64,000 nucleotides of DNA from Bryobacteraceae bacterium (lineage in GTDB: Bacteria > Acidobacteriota > Terriglobia > Bryobacterales > Bryobacteraceae), in assembly GCA_052148835.1 (NCBI GenBank), contig JBKQHJ010000244.1, positions 9,465 through 73,464 of the forward strand, in the 5' to 3' direction. The translations under genes and the position numbers were made by a program. Of the stretch, positions 1 to 8,896 are shown in pieces. How positions within the stretch are numbered: position 1 is the stretch's first letter; every line of letters starts with the position of its first letter. The notes beneath the pieces were generated by a model. The model was not told where the DNA came from and searched no databases. It saw only the letters and a list, made by a program, of their open reading frames with translations.

Positions 1-57
1 AAGGAAAGTCTTCAACCCTTCCAGGTAACTGTCGTGGTGTTGCTCGTAATAATTCAT
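1..57 (-). CDS. 5' end of a gene running off the left edge (MNYYEQHHDSYLEGLKTFL...); product unknown, N-terminus reminiscent of M20-type peptidases
   Basis: Hand translation from ATG at 57..55 stays open to position 1. It lies 21 nt downstream of the stop of the 79..594 gene on the same strand. Too short for the ORF track. Confidence 0.3.
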   Translation of the reverse strand, partial: MNYYEQHHDSYLEGLKTFL

Positions 58-78
58 GGTTATCTCGGCGAGCGCGAT

Positions 79-594
79 CTACTTAGCTACCAGTCCGACC
101 TGGTTCACGATGATCCCCAACTCTCGCACGTCAGAGCCGGTAGGCGGCAGCGTGTGATCCAAGGCGAAATCGATTTGCACCACTGCGTCTCCCAGCTTGT
201 TGGCGGGAATGTCGCGGGTGTAAGTGTACGCGCCCGGTTTCATATAGGTTTGCGGCTCCAGCTTAGTTCCTTGGATCGAAGCCGACAATTGGACCGAAGT
301 CAGTCTCTGAATCACCGCGTCTGGAATCGCGAATTTCATGACTAATTGCGCGCCTTTTTGATCGGCATGGAGTGGCGGCGCAAGATCCACGGAGAATTCC
401 TTGCCGGTCCAGCGCCAGGAGTTCTGCTCGATTTGGTAGAAGCCCCGCGCAAATTGCCCGGAAACGTTCGGATCGCCGGCGAAGATGGTGCTGACCGGCA
501 ATTGGGTCTGATTGGAACTCCGGTGGCGGCGCTTGCAGCCGGCGCCAACCAATAGCAGTGGAATGAGGATCAAAGTCAATGAGAGTGATCGCAT
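79..594 (-). CDS. putative lipoprotein, unknown function
   Basis: 171-aa ORF. N-terminus MRSLSLTLILIPLLLVGAGC looks like a signal peptide with a lipobox (LVGAG-C). No family recognised. Confidence 0.6.
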   Translation of the reverse strand: MRSLSLTLILIPLLLVGAGCKRRHRSSNQTQLPVSTIFAGDPNVSGQFARGFYQIEQNSWRWTGKEFSVDLAPPLHADQKGAQLVMKFAIPDAVIQRLTSVQLSASIQGTKLEPQTYMKPGAYTYTRDIPANKLGDAVVQIDFALDHTLPPTGSDVRELGIIVNQVGLVAK

Positions 595-651
595 GTTTGT
601 TTGTCTTTACGATAATACGCGAACGATATAGCGAGGCGTCTGGTGGCCCGC

Positions 652-2703
652 TCAGTCTCCGCACTTCTCCACATCCACCAGGCAACTGTAGAATGTGGGG
701 CCGCCGCCGATGTCGGTTAGACGGTCGGAGGTGAGCACATTGACGTTGCGACGATCGGAGGCGAGTTTGTTCCAGCGCACCGATGGGGCCGAGACCACTC
801 CGGGCCGCACCACCCCATCCACCGCGGCCAGCAGCGTGCAACTGCCGCGATGATTGAAGACGCGCACGCGATCGCCATTTTCGATTCCGCGCGCCCGCGC
901 GTCATCATTGTGCAGAAACACTGTGCAAGTCTGAGCTTCCGCCGATCGCTCATTGCCGAAGGTGGAGTTCATGCTGTCGTGGCTCTTGGCCGAAATCAGC
1001 TCCAGCGGAAAGCGCGTTCGCAACTCCGGCGCGCCGAGCCGCGATTCGATGGGCGGCTCATAGTGGAGCGCTTCAGCGCCGAACTCGCATTTTCCGGACG
1101 GCGTGCCGAACCCGCCGTGCGCGAAAGGCAGATAGGGCTCGGAATCCGGCGCGACGTTTAAACGGACGGAATGCTCGCGCTCCAGGCGCTCCAGCGTAAT
1201 GCCTTGCAAAAAAGGATGGCCGGAATCGAGCAGCGTGCGAATCATGTCGTCCTCGGAATCCGCGAAACAAGCATCGTCGAAACCCACGCGCCGGGCGAGC
1301 AGGCGGAAGACTTCCACATTCGACTTTGTTTCCCCAGGCGCGGGCAGCGCCGGACGAGCGAGTTGCAAGTGATAATGCCCGTACGCCAGATAAAGGTCGC
1401 TGTGTTCCAGAAAGGTAGTGGACGGCAGCAAAATGTCGGCATGATCCGCCGTGTCGGTCTGAAACTGCTCCAGCACCACGGTGAAAAGATCCTCGCGCCG
1501 CATCCCGGCCAGCACCAGGTTCTGGTTGGGAGCGATGGCCGCCGGATTCGAGTTGTACACCACCAGCGCCTTTACCGGCGGATCGCTTACCTGAGTTAAA
1601 GCTTTCCCCAGCTCCGACATGTTGACGATGCGGGCCTCGCGTTCAAGCGGTGATCGCCGCTGCAATTCCGGCATTTCGAGACCCGTTCTATTGAACCGAA
1701 ACGCCTGGCTGGTGGAGAGCTGAAGACCGCCGCCCACTTCGCGCCACGATCCAATCAGGGCAGGCAGAGCCGCAACCGCACGAGTGGCCGATCCGCCTCG
1801 CTCGCTACGCTGGATCCCGTAATTGAGCCGGATGGCGGCCGGCCGGGTGGTGGCGTATTCACGCGCGAGCGACACAACGTCTTCGCTCGGGATGCCCGTG
1901 AGTTGTTCCACTCGCTCCGGCGGATACTCGCGTGCCCGTGCGGCGAGTGCGTCGAACCCATTGGTGTACTTGGCGACGTAATCGGCGTCGTACAGATTCT
2001 CGCCGATGATCACGTGCGCGAGGCCGAGCGCGAGCGCCAGATCGCTGCCCGGATAGATCGCAAAATGTTTGTCGGCGAGTTTGCCGGTGCGATTGCAAAC
2101 CGGATCGATGGTGTAGAATCGCGCGCCATTGCGCCTGGCTTCCACGATGAACGGCCACAGATGCACGTTGGTGGCGAGGACGTTCGCGCCCCAGGCGATG
2201 ATCAGTTTGGAATCGCGGAATTGCTCGGGCTCGGTGCCATATCGAAAGCCGAGCGTCGCCGTCAGCCCAGCGCCGCCGGCGGCCGAGCAGATAGTGCGAT
2301 CCAGCCGCGATGCCCCCAACCGGTGAAAGAAGCGCCGGTCCATGCCGCCGCCATTCAGCAGACCCATGGTGCCCGCGTAACTGTAGGGCAAAATCGCCTC
2401 GGGTCCGGACACGTCCGAGATCTCGCGCAACCGCGCGGCAATGGTGTCCAGGGCTTCGTCCCACGAAATCCGCTGGAATTTGCCCTCGCCTTTGGCGCCG
2501 GTGCGTTTTTGCGGATAGAGCAACCGGTCGGATGAGTACTCGCGATCTAAGTACCGGGCGACCTTACCGCACAGGAATCCGCGTGTAACCGGATGCGCGG
2601 GATTACCACGCAAATGGCTGCCTTTGCCATCATCTACATTGATTAACAGCGAACAGCAATCGGGACAATCCAGCGCGCAGACAGAGTGTCGCACTTCCGG
2701 CAT
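652..2703 (-). CDS. molybdopterin (bis-MGD) oxidoreductase family protein, no export signal
   Basis: 683-aa ORF. N-terminal Cys cluster (CALDCPDCCS...C) resembles the 4Fe-4S domain of Mo/W oxidoreductases, and the body is molybdopterin-oxidoreductase-like throughout. Confidence 0.88.
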   Translation of the reverse strand: MPEVRHSVCALDCPDCCSLLINVDDGKGSHLRGNPAHPVTRGFLCGKVARYLDREYSSDRLLYPQKRTGAKGEGKFQRISWDEALDTIAARLREISDVSGPEAILPYSYAGTMGLLNGGGMDRRFFHRLGASRLDRTICSAAGGAGLTATLGFRYGTEPEQFRDSKLIIAWGANVLATNVHLWPFIVEARRNGARFYTIDPVCNRTGKLADKHFAIYPGSDLALALGLAHVIIGENLYDADYVAKYTNGFDALAARAREYPPERVEQLTGIPSEDVVSLAREYATTRPAAIRLNYGIQRSERGGSATRAVAALPALIGSWREVGGGLQLSTSQAFRFNRTGLEMPELQRRSPLEREARIVNMSELGKALTQVSDPPVKALVVYNSNPAAIAPNQNLVLAGMRREDLFTVVLEQFQTDTADHADILLPSTTFLEHSDLYLAYGHYHLQLARPALPAPGETKSNVEVFRLLARRVGFDDACFADSEDDMIRTLLDSGHPFLQGITLERLEREHSVRLNVAPDSEPYLPFAHGGFGTPSGKCEFGAEALHYEPPIESRLGAPELRTRFPLELISAKSHDSMNSTFGNERSAEAQTCTVFLHNDDARARGIENGDRVRVFNHRGSCTLLAAVDGVVRPGVVSAPSVRWNKLASDRRNVNVLTSDRLTDIGGGPTFYSCLVDVEKCGD

Positions 2704-2895
2704 GTTTCAATTATAGCTTCGAGCAATTATGGAGTCGCGCGGGACGCCTCCACCTGGCTAACGACAGAGCTAGAAACCGGGCGGACCCCGGACGCGTCTG
2801 GCATGATACGGCTGGTACCAGGTGCCATTTCTAAGACTGGATTTTACAATGTTGCGGCCGTTTTTGGCGTTACAATCGACTAGAGGAGTTTAGCC

Positions 2896-3657
2896 ATGCG
2901 TCGCGTAATCCTTGCGCTCGGGCCTGTGCTGCTGTTCGCCACTCTTACGGGACTCGCGTTCGGGCAGGGCCACTCGGGCGGATCGTGGTCTCTGGGCGGT
3001 TATGGCAACGTGGTGTATCCGGGAATGGGACATGCGCCGACAGCGACGCCACCGGTCGGACAGTTTCGCAGCGGAGCGTATTCGCATGGGTTCGCGAATC
3101 CTGGTTATGCGAATCATGGTCAGCATGGACCGGCGGTAATTGTGCCTTATCCGGTTTATTACGGCGGCTATTATGGCTACGATCCTTCGGCCGCCGGTTA
3201 CGCGAATGGCTACGGACCGAATAATGGGGCTGGTTATGCCCCTGGACCTGGCGACGATGGCTCGCAGGGCGGCCCTGGCCTGCCGTCGGTGGTGATCAAT
3301 CAGAATTTCGTCCCGCCGCAAGCCAATCCTCAGGTGCGTGATTACACTGGCGACCAGCAACCGCCGCAGCAAGATACGTCGGGCATGAAGTTGTATCAGG
3401 CGCCGCCTTCGCATCCCTATGCCGATGCCGCCGCTCAGCGCGCTACCGCGAGTGACCGACCCACGATTTACCTGATCGCCCTGCGCGACCACACGATCGT
3501 CCAGGCGTTGGGTTACTGGATGGAAGGCAGCACGCTCCACTATGTGAGCGCCGAGCAAACGCTGAATCAACTCAGTATCGACCTGGTGGATCGCGATCTG
3601 TCGCAGCGTTTGAATGACGAGCGCGGGTTGGATTTCCGGCTGCCACAGCCAAGATAA
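2896..3657 (+). CDS. secreted Gly/Tyr/Pro-rich protein, unknown function
   Basis: AGGAG lies 8 nt upstream of the ATG. Signal peptide MRRVILALGPVLLFATLTGLAFG, a low-complexity G/Y/P/N middle and a structured-looking C-terminus. The antisense 2890..3672 ORF is Arg-rich and judged an artefact. Confidence 0.6.
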   Translation: MRRVILALGPVLLFATLTGLAFGQGHSGGSWSLGGYGNVVYPGMGHAPTATPPVGQFRSGAYSHGFANPGYANHGQHGPAVIVPYPVYYGGYYGYDPSAAGYANGYGPNNGAGYAPGPGDDGSQGGPGLPSVVINQNFVPPQANPQVRDYTGDQQPPQQDTSGMKLYQAPPSHPYADAAAQRATASDRPTIYLIALRDHTIVQALGYWMEGSTLHYVSAEQTLNQLSIDLVDRDLSQRLNDERGLDFRLPQPR

Positions 3658-3686
3658 CCGACTGCGCTCCACGCAGGATCAACCGA

Positions 3687-3709
3687 CTCCCTCACGGTCG
3701 CGGCTCGGT
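3687..3709. repeat. 23-nt interspersed repeat CTCCCTCACGGTCGCGGCTCGGT (copy 1)
   Basis: Matches 8014..8036 at 22 of 23 positions. Both copies lie about 3-30 nt downstream of plus-strand stop codons. Confidence 0.8.
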
Positions 3710-3716
3710 AGGAACG

Positions 3717-4097
3717 CTAACTGGCGTACTGATTTAGAAATTCGGCGTCACCTTCCAGAAGATCATAGTCGCGCAGGCGATCGCGCGGCGCCCATAAGAT
3801 TTGCTCGAAGTCCAGGTTTTTGGGTTCGCCCGAAAACTCAGTCACACGATAAAACAGCAGCAGAATCGGAGAGCGGCCCTGGTATTGGTATTCGTAGCGA
3901 GCGATCTCGCCATCCACCTGCGCCCGAATGCCCAGTTCCTCTTCGAGTTCACGCGCTAGCGCGGCCTCAGGCGTTTCGCCCGGTTCCACTTTGCCGCCCG
4001 GAAATTCCCATTTGAGCGGATGCTGGCCGGTTCGCTTGCGTTGGGCGATCAAGACGTGCCCTACACGTTCGATGACTCCGGCCACGACAGTAGTCAT
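3717..4097 (-). CDS. mutT: NUDIX hydrolase, MutT-like (8-oxo-dGTP diphosphatase type)
   Basis: 126 aa with the Nudix box GGKVEPGETPEAALARELEEELGI. Size and layout match MutT. Confidence 0.8.
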   Translation of the reverse strand: MTTVVAGVIERVGHVLIAQRKRTGQHPLKWEFPGGKVEPGETPEAALARELEEELGIRAQVDGEIARYEYQYQGRSPILLLFYRVTEFSGEPKNLDFEQILWAPRDRLRDYDLLEGDAEFLNQYAS

Positions 4098-4116
4098 AAT
4101 CGAAGGGGAGAGCTCA

Positions 4117-4470
4117 TTGTACAGCGAGGTGTTCCTCGATCATTTCAAGAATCCGCGCAACGTAGGGGAACTGCCTCCGCCGGCCGTCACGGTGGAGATC
4201 TCGAATCCGGCCTGCGGCGATATTTTGCGGCTGTCGGCGCGTTTTGAAGATGGCCGGGCCGCCGAGGTCGCCTACAAAGTGCGGGGCTGCACGGCTTCCA
4301 TCGCGAGCGGTTCGGCGCTGACGGAATGGATGGCCGGAAAATCCCGCGCCGAGCTGGCTGCGCTCACGGCGGCGAATATTGAATCGGCGGTCGGCGGTCT
4401 GATCCCGGAGTCCAAACATGCGGCGGTGCTGTGCCTGGATGGAGTGAAGGCGCTGTTGAAAGCGAAGTGA
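4117..4470 (+). CDS. IscU/NifU-like Fe-S cluster scaffold protein
   Basis: The C-terminal part of ORF 3928..4470 reads YSEVFLDHFKNPRNVGEL...NPACGD...VRGCTASIAS...HAAVLC, with three conserved Cys. The start was moved to the in-frame TTG at 4117, preceded by GGGGAGAG. The upstream part of the ORF overlaps the NUDIX gene. Confidence 0.78.
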   Translation: MYSEVFLDHFKNPRNVGELPPPAVTVEISNPACGDILRLSARFEDGRAAEVAYKVRGCTASIASGSALTEWMAGKSRAELAALTAANIESAVGGLIPESKHAAVLCLDGVKALLKAK

Positions 4471-5216
4471 TGGTGATTATGCTGAGGAACAGGCTGTTCT
4501 CTCTTTTGCCTTTCTTCTTCGTCTCGTTTTTCGGATTATCCGAGTTGTTTGCTCGGCGTGTTTACCAGCGCGGCCCCGACCTCATGCTTGAGGATGCAGA
4601 AGGGCGAACGACTTCGCTGGGAACGGGATTCAATTCCATTCCAATTTCGGATCACAAGTTTCTCCTAATTCGAGGTGCGCCGATGGGGCACGGCGAGGCG
4701 TCCAGTTGCGAGCACCCAGCGCTTAGGAACCGAGTTATGGTCTTCGACACGAGAACAAACAAAGAGTCGTTGCTCTTTGACAAGCCGCTTACGAACCGGA
4801 TCATGGGGCGGGAATACGCTGTCTGTGTGTATGAACACGCGGACCTGACTCCATCCGGGTCCACCTTGTATATCGTGAGTCCCTTCTATGCCACATCGGG
4901 CTCCCTCGCGGTTATCGATCTGCCGACAGGTAGAGTCAGATACGTTCCAGGGGCGATGGATGTTTTCGTGATTCCGGGAGGGCCGAATGCCGGCGACCTG
5001 ATTTTTATGCGCCGACTGGAACGTAAACCCACCGAGGACGACCCGCGCGTGGACGATTACGCTTATGTCCACGCCCGGCCTGACGGATCGCAAATCGCCG
5101 TTATTTCAAACGAAGCTCTTGTTTTAGATGGCGGAAACGCACCGGCTCCGATCCTGCGGGCCTTCTTGCGACGCATCCACGGCCGCATCTTTGCGCAGGG
5201 CGAATGGGTTCCTTAA
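4470..5216 (+). CDS. hypothetical exported/membrane-anchored protein
   Basis: In-frame ATG at 4470 overlaps the iscU-like stop (TGATG). Hydrophobic N-terminus LFSLLPFFFVSFFGL. No family recognised. Confidence 0.5.
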   Translation: MVIMLRNRLFSLLPFFFVSFFGLSELFARRVYQRGPDLMLEDAEGRTTSLGTGFNSIPISDHKFLLIRGAPMGHGEASSCEHPALRNRVMVFDTRTNKESLLFDKPLTNRIMGREYAVCVYEHADLTPSGSTLYIVSPFYATSGSLAVIDLPTGRVRYVPGAMDVFVIPGGPNAGDLIFMRRLERKPTEDDPRVDDYAYVHARPDGSQIAVISNEALVLDGGNAPAPILRAFLRRIHGRIFAQGEWVP

Positions 5217-5291
5217 GTAAGTAGATCGCACTTGCCACGTCCACTACCCAGCGAACGTTTACTGCTAGAATCCGGATAGCTACTTCTTGTT

Positions 5292-6773
5292 ATGCCTGAA
5301 TTACCTTCTATTCTCGGAGCCCTGAAAAGCAGCAAATTTGGCGAGCGGCATCTGGGTGAGCGCACCGTCAAAAGCGAACTGCGTGAGAACCTGATCTGCA
5401 AGCTACAGCGCGGTGAGGACCTGTTCCCGGGCGTGGTGGGCTACGACGATACCGTGGTCCCGCAGATCGTCAACGCCGTGCTATCGCGGCACAACTTCAT
5501 CCTGCTGGGCTTGCGCGGCCAGGCCAAGACGCGCATCATCCGCATGCTCACCGGACTCCTTGATGAACATCTTCCTTACGTGGCCGGTTGCGAAATCCGC
5601 GACAATCCGTTTCATCCCATCTGCAGCCGCTGCCGCAACCTGGTCGCCGAGCAAGGCGACAAGACTCACATCGCGTGGCTGGACCGCGACCGGCGCTACG
5701 TGGAAAAGCTCGCGACCCCGGACGTCACCATTGCCGACATGATCGGCGATATCGATCCCATCAAGGCCGCCCGCGGCGGGCACGAACTGTCGAGTGAGAT
5801 GACCGTGCACTACGGCCTGGTGCCGCGCGCCAATCGCGGCATTTTCGCCATCAACGAATTGCCGGACCTGGCCGGTAAGATCCAGGTCGGTTTGTTCAAC
5901 ATCATGCAGGAAGGCGACGTTCAGATCAAAGGCTATCCCGTGCGCCTGCCTCTCGACATCATGTTGGTGTTCACCGCCAATCCGGAGGACTACACGGCGC
6001 GCGGCAAAATCATCACTCCGCTGAAGGACCGCATCGGCAGCGAGATTCGGACGCATTATCCGATAACGGTGGAGCAAGGCCTCGCGATCACCAAGCAGGA
6101 ATCCTGGGTGGAACGGCCTTCGCCGATTCGGCTCGAAGTTCCCAATTATATTCGGGAGATCGTGGAGCAGCTTGCGTTCCTGGCGCGCGAAGACAAGCGC
6201 GTCGACAAGCGCTCGGGTGTCTCACAACGCTTGCCCATCTCAGCGCTCGAAAACGTGATCTCGAATGCCGAGCGGCGGGCGCTCAAGGCTGGTGAGGATC
6301 TAGCCGTGCCCCGCGTGCTGGACATCTACGCCGCGCTGCCGTCCATCACGGGCAAGCTGGAACTGGAATACGAAGGCGAACTGAAGGGCGGCGACAACAT
6401 TGCGCGCGAACTGATCAAGACCGCCGTCGGCAAGGTGTACACGAACTATTTTGAAGGCGTCAACGTGGCGCAGATCGTGCAGTGGTTCGAGCTGGGCGGT
6501 TCGCTCAAGCTGGATGAGTCGGTGAATTCGTCGAACGTCCTCAAGCAACTCGCCAAGATCCAGGGCCTGATGGAAAAGACCGGCGCGTTGGGTGTCGGCA
6601 ACAACGATCCCGATGCTGTCAAGGCCTCGGCGGCCGAGTTCATTTTGGAAGGGCTCTACGCGCATCGCCGCATCAGCCGCAACGAAGAAGTGGGATTCAC
6701 GGCCGGCGAGCGCAAGCGCGAACCACCTGAGGGGAACGAAGGGCGGCGACCGCCGCGAAAGCAGTTTAATTAG
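5292..6773 (+). CDS. BchI/ChlI-like (Mg-chelatase subunit I family) AAA+ ATPase
   Basis: 493 aa. Walker A-like GLRGQAKT and Walker B-like GIFAINELPDL, with Mg-chelatase-I-like sequence throughout. A Cys-rich insert (CEIRDNPFHPICSRCRN) is present. A vWA partner gene follows 3 nt downstream. Confidence 0.8.
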   Translation: MPELPSILGALKSSKFGERHLGERTVKSELRENLICKLQRGEDLFPGVVGYDDTVVPQIVNAVLSRHNFILLGLRGQAKTRIIRMLTGLLDEHLPYVAGCEIRDNPFHPICSRCRNLVAEQGDKTHIAWLDRDRRYVEKLATPDVTIADMIGDIDPIKAARGGHELSSEMTVHYGLVPRANRGIFAINELPDLAGKIQVGLFNIMQEGDVQIKGYPVRLPLDIMLVFTANPEDYTARGKIITPLKDRIGSEIRTHYPITVEQGLAITKQESWVERPSPIRLEVPNYIREIVEQLAFLAREDKRVDKRSGVSQRLPISALENVISNAERRALKAGEDLAVPRVLDIYAALPSITGKLELEYEGELKGGDNIARELIKTAVGKVYTNYFEGVNVAQIVQWFELGGSLKLDESVNSSNVLKQLAKIQGLMEKTGALGVGNNDPDAVKASAAEFILEGLYAHRRISRNEEVGFTAGERKREPPEGNEGRRPPRKQFN

Positions 6774-6775
6774 CC

Positions 6776-8011
6776 ATGAAGTGGATTCACTACACCAAGT
6801 TCACCGGCGACGATTTCGGATTGAGCTCCGAGGATCTGCTGAAGGCGCTCTCGGATTTCTTTCTCGAAAGCGGCTTCCAGAACCAGTACATGGGCTTCAG
6901 CGAGTGGAACCAGCACACGCTCGAAGACTTGAAGAACGCGCTCCAGCGCGCGCTCGAACAAGGTGAGTCGTTCGATCCCGAGCAAGCGCAGCGCATCCAG
7001 CAGGCTCTCGAAAACATGTCGCCCGAGCAGATCGACGAATTGATGAATCGCCTGGTTCAGAAGCTGGTGGACGACGGCTACATCAACACCGATCAGCAGC
7101 AGGCCAACGAGAGCGGTCCCGGCGCAACGGGCAATGCGGATCGCAAGGTGGATGTGAAGATCACGGACAAATCCATCGACTTTTTGGGCTTCAAGACGCT
7201 GAAGGATCTTCTCGGCTCGCTCGGGAAATCCAGCTTCGGCGCGCACGATACGCGCGATCTCGCCACCGGCGTCGAAACCAGCGGCGCGGCGAAAGCCTAT
7301 GAATTCGGCGACACGCTGAACCTGGACATCTCTCAAACTTTGTTCTCGGCCATCCAGCGCGAGGGCCTGAAGGTTCCGCTCAACCTGGAATATTCCGACC
7401 TGCACGTGCACCAGTCGGAATATCAAAGCTCCTGCGCCACCGTGCTCATGCTGGATTGCAGCCACAGCATGATTCTTTACGGCGAGGATCGGTTCACGCC
7501 CGCCAAGAAAGTCGCGCTCGCCCTGGCGCACCTGATTCGCACGCAGTATCCGGGCGACAGCCTGCGCTGCGTGCTGTTCCACGACTCCGCCGAGGAGTTG
7601 CGGCTATCGGACCTGGCTCGAGTGCAAGTAGGCCCGTATTACACCAACACGCGCGATGGCCTGATCCTGGCGCAGCGTCTGCTCAACCAGGAGAAGAAGG
7701 ACATGAAGCAGATCATCATGATCACCGATGGCAAGCCTTCGGCGCTAACGCTCGAAGACGGACGCATGTACCGCAACGCCTTCGGCCTGGATCCGCTGGT
7801 GATCAGCCGCACGCTCGAAGAAGTGGGCCGCTGCAAGAAGCAAGGCATTCTCATCAATACTTTTATGCTCGCGAGCGATTTCGGGCTGGTCAACTTTGTG
7901 CAGAAGGTGACCGAGTTGTGCCGTGGCAAGGCATATTTCACGACGCCGTATAATCTGGGGCAGTATTTGCTGATGGATTATATGAATCGCAAGACGCGGA
8001 CCATCCACTAG
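6776..8011 (+). CDS. vWA-domain protein (CoxE-like), partner of the upstream AAA+ ATPase
   Basis: 411 aa with a C-terminal vWA fold and MIDAS-like DCSHSM...TDG. Tightly coupled to 5292..6773. Confidence 0.8.
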   Translation: MKWIHYTKFTGDDFGLSSEDLLKALSDFFLESGFQNQYMGFSEWNQHTLEDLKNALQRALEQGESFDPEQAQRIQQALENMSPEQIDELMNRLVQKLVDDGYINTDQQQANESGPGATGNADRKVDVKITDKSIDFLGFKTLKDLLGSLGKSSFGAHDTRDLATGVETSGAAKAYEFGDTLNLDISQTLFSAIQREGLKVPLNLEYSDLHVHQSEYQSSCATVLMLDCSHSMILYGEDRFTPAKKVALALAHLIRTQYPGDSLRCVLFHDSAEELRLSDLARVQVGPYYTNTRDGLILAQRLLNQEKKDMKQIIMITDGKPSALTLEDGRMYRNAFGLDPLVISRTLEEVGRCKKQGILINTFMLASDFGLVNFVQKVTELCRGKAYFTTPYNLGQYLLMDYMNRKTRTIH

Positions 8012-8013
8012 GA

Positions 8014-8036
8014 ACAAAGACCGCTCCCTTACGGTC
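8014..8036. repeat. 23-nt interspersed repeat CTCCCTTACGGTCGCGGCTCGGT (copy 2)
   Basis: See 3687..3709. It is followed by the palindrome CTGTCGCGACAG at 8061..8072. Confidence 0.8.
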
Positions 8037-8171
8037 GCGGCTCGGTTTAGGGGTACTGTCCTTCCACCGCCTGTCGCGACAGCGACGAGCGCCAGTCAAA
8101 TTCCGTCCAGGATGGCGACTGGCCGGCGGCACTCGTGATCCAGCGCGAGTTGCGAGAATGCCGCGGGGCGG

Positions 8172-8816
8172 CTATTTCTTAACGAGGTCGGCGAACTGCT
8201 TGCGGGCCTTTTCGACCTTCGGTTCGGCCACGGCCGCCACGTACGGATTTTGCGGATTCAGGCTGCAATAGTTCTGATGGTATCCTTCGGCCGGATAGAA
8301 GGCCTCGAGCGGCGTAACCACCGTGGCGATGGGGGACCGGAAAACCTTGGCTGCGTCCAGCTGCTGGATGTACGCCTCGGCAACGCGCTTTTGTTCGGGA
8401 TCGGAATAGAAAATGGCCGACCGATACTGGGTTCCACGATCGTTCCCCTGCCGGTTGAGCTGCGTGGGATCGTGCGCCACGCTGAAGAAGATTTTCAAAA
8501 GCTGACCGTAGGAGATTTTGCGGGGATCGAACGTGATCTCGATCGCCTCGGCGTGTCCGGTTCTGCCCGTGCACACGGCGTCGTAATTGGCGGTACGGGA
8601 CTCGCCGCCCGAGTATCCCGAGACCACCTTCTCCACTCCCTCAATCTGCTGGAAAACCGCCTCGGTGCACCAGAAACAACCGCCGGCCAGCACCGCGGTC
8701 TGCTTGGCGGCGCCGGCGTCCTTTGTGTCGATGGCGGGATCGGGAAAATCCGCTGTGAGCATCTCTGCTGACACGGTAACACACGCCGCGGGGCTCATCG
8801 GCGTGCGCGAAAACAT
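8172..8816 (-). CDS. msrA: peptide-methionine (S)-S-oxide reductase MsrA, cytoplasmic copy
   Basis: GGCFWCTEAVF active-site motif, MsrA-like throughout and no signal peptide. The start could also be the ATG six codons downstream. Confidence 0.9.
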   Translation of the reverse strand: MFSRTPMSPAACVTVSAEMLTADFPDPAIDTKDAGAAKQTAVLAGGCFWCTEAVFQQIEGVEKVVSGYSGGESRTANYDAVCTGRTGHAEAIEITFDPRKISYGQLLKIFFSVAHDPTQLNRQGNDRGTQYRSAIFYSDPEQKRVAEAYIQQLDAAKVFRSPIATVVTPLEAFYPAEGYHQNYCSLNPQNPYVAAVAEPKVEKARKQFADLVKK

Positions 8817-8896
8817 GATATTGTCTACTCAGCGGACACGGTCTCTCATCGCCTACATGAGACGGCAGGCCGGCCCGTGCAAAGGAGCAAACACTC

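Noticed and set aside
2704-2895. Possible Moco riboswitch in the 190-nt leader of the molybdopterin oxidoreductase gene (GCCTCC-containing GC-rich segment).
   Set aside because: The GCCUCC-like element is on the plus strand, while the Mo-enzyme gene is on the minus strand. I could not reconstruct the conserved Moco-motif helices by eye. A cmscan with the Rfam Moco model is needed before any claim.
6770-7582. Long antisense or alternative-frame ORFs throughout the window. Examples: 263..841, 2890..3672, 6770..7582, 9491..10297, 12645..13661, 16664..17548, 21047..22069, 24115..25095, 26489..27613, 30930..31781, 31875..32984, 32806..33855, 36138..37094, 37499..38359, 41267..42223, 44883..45731, 47036..47716, 49215..49796, 50914..51696.
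   Set aside because: Each lies opposite or out of frame to a gene with clear family motifs. Their translations are Arg/Ala/Gly/Pro-rich, as expected from stop-poor frames in high-GC DNA. None shows a recognisable motif, signal peptide or RBS.
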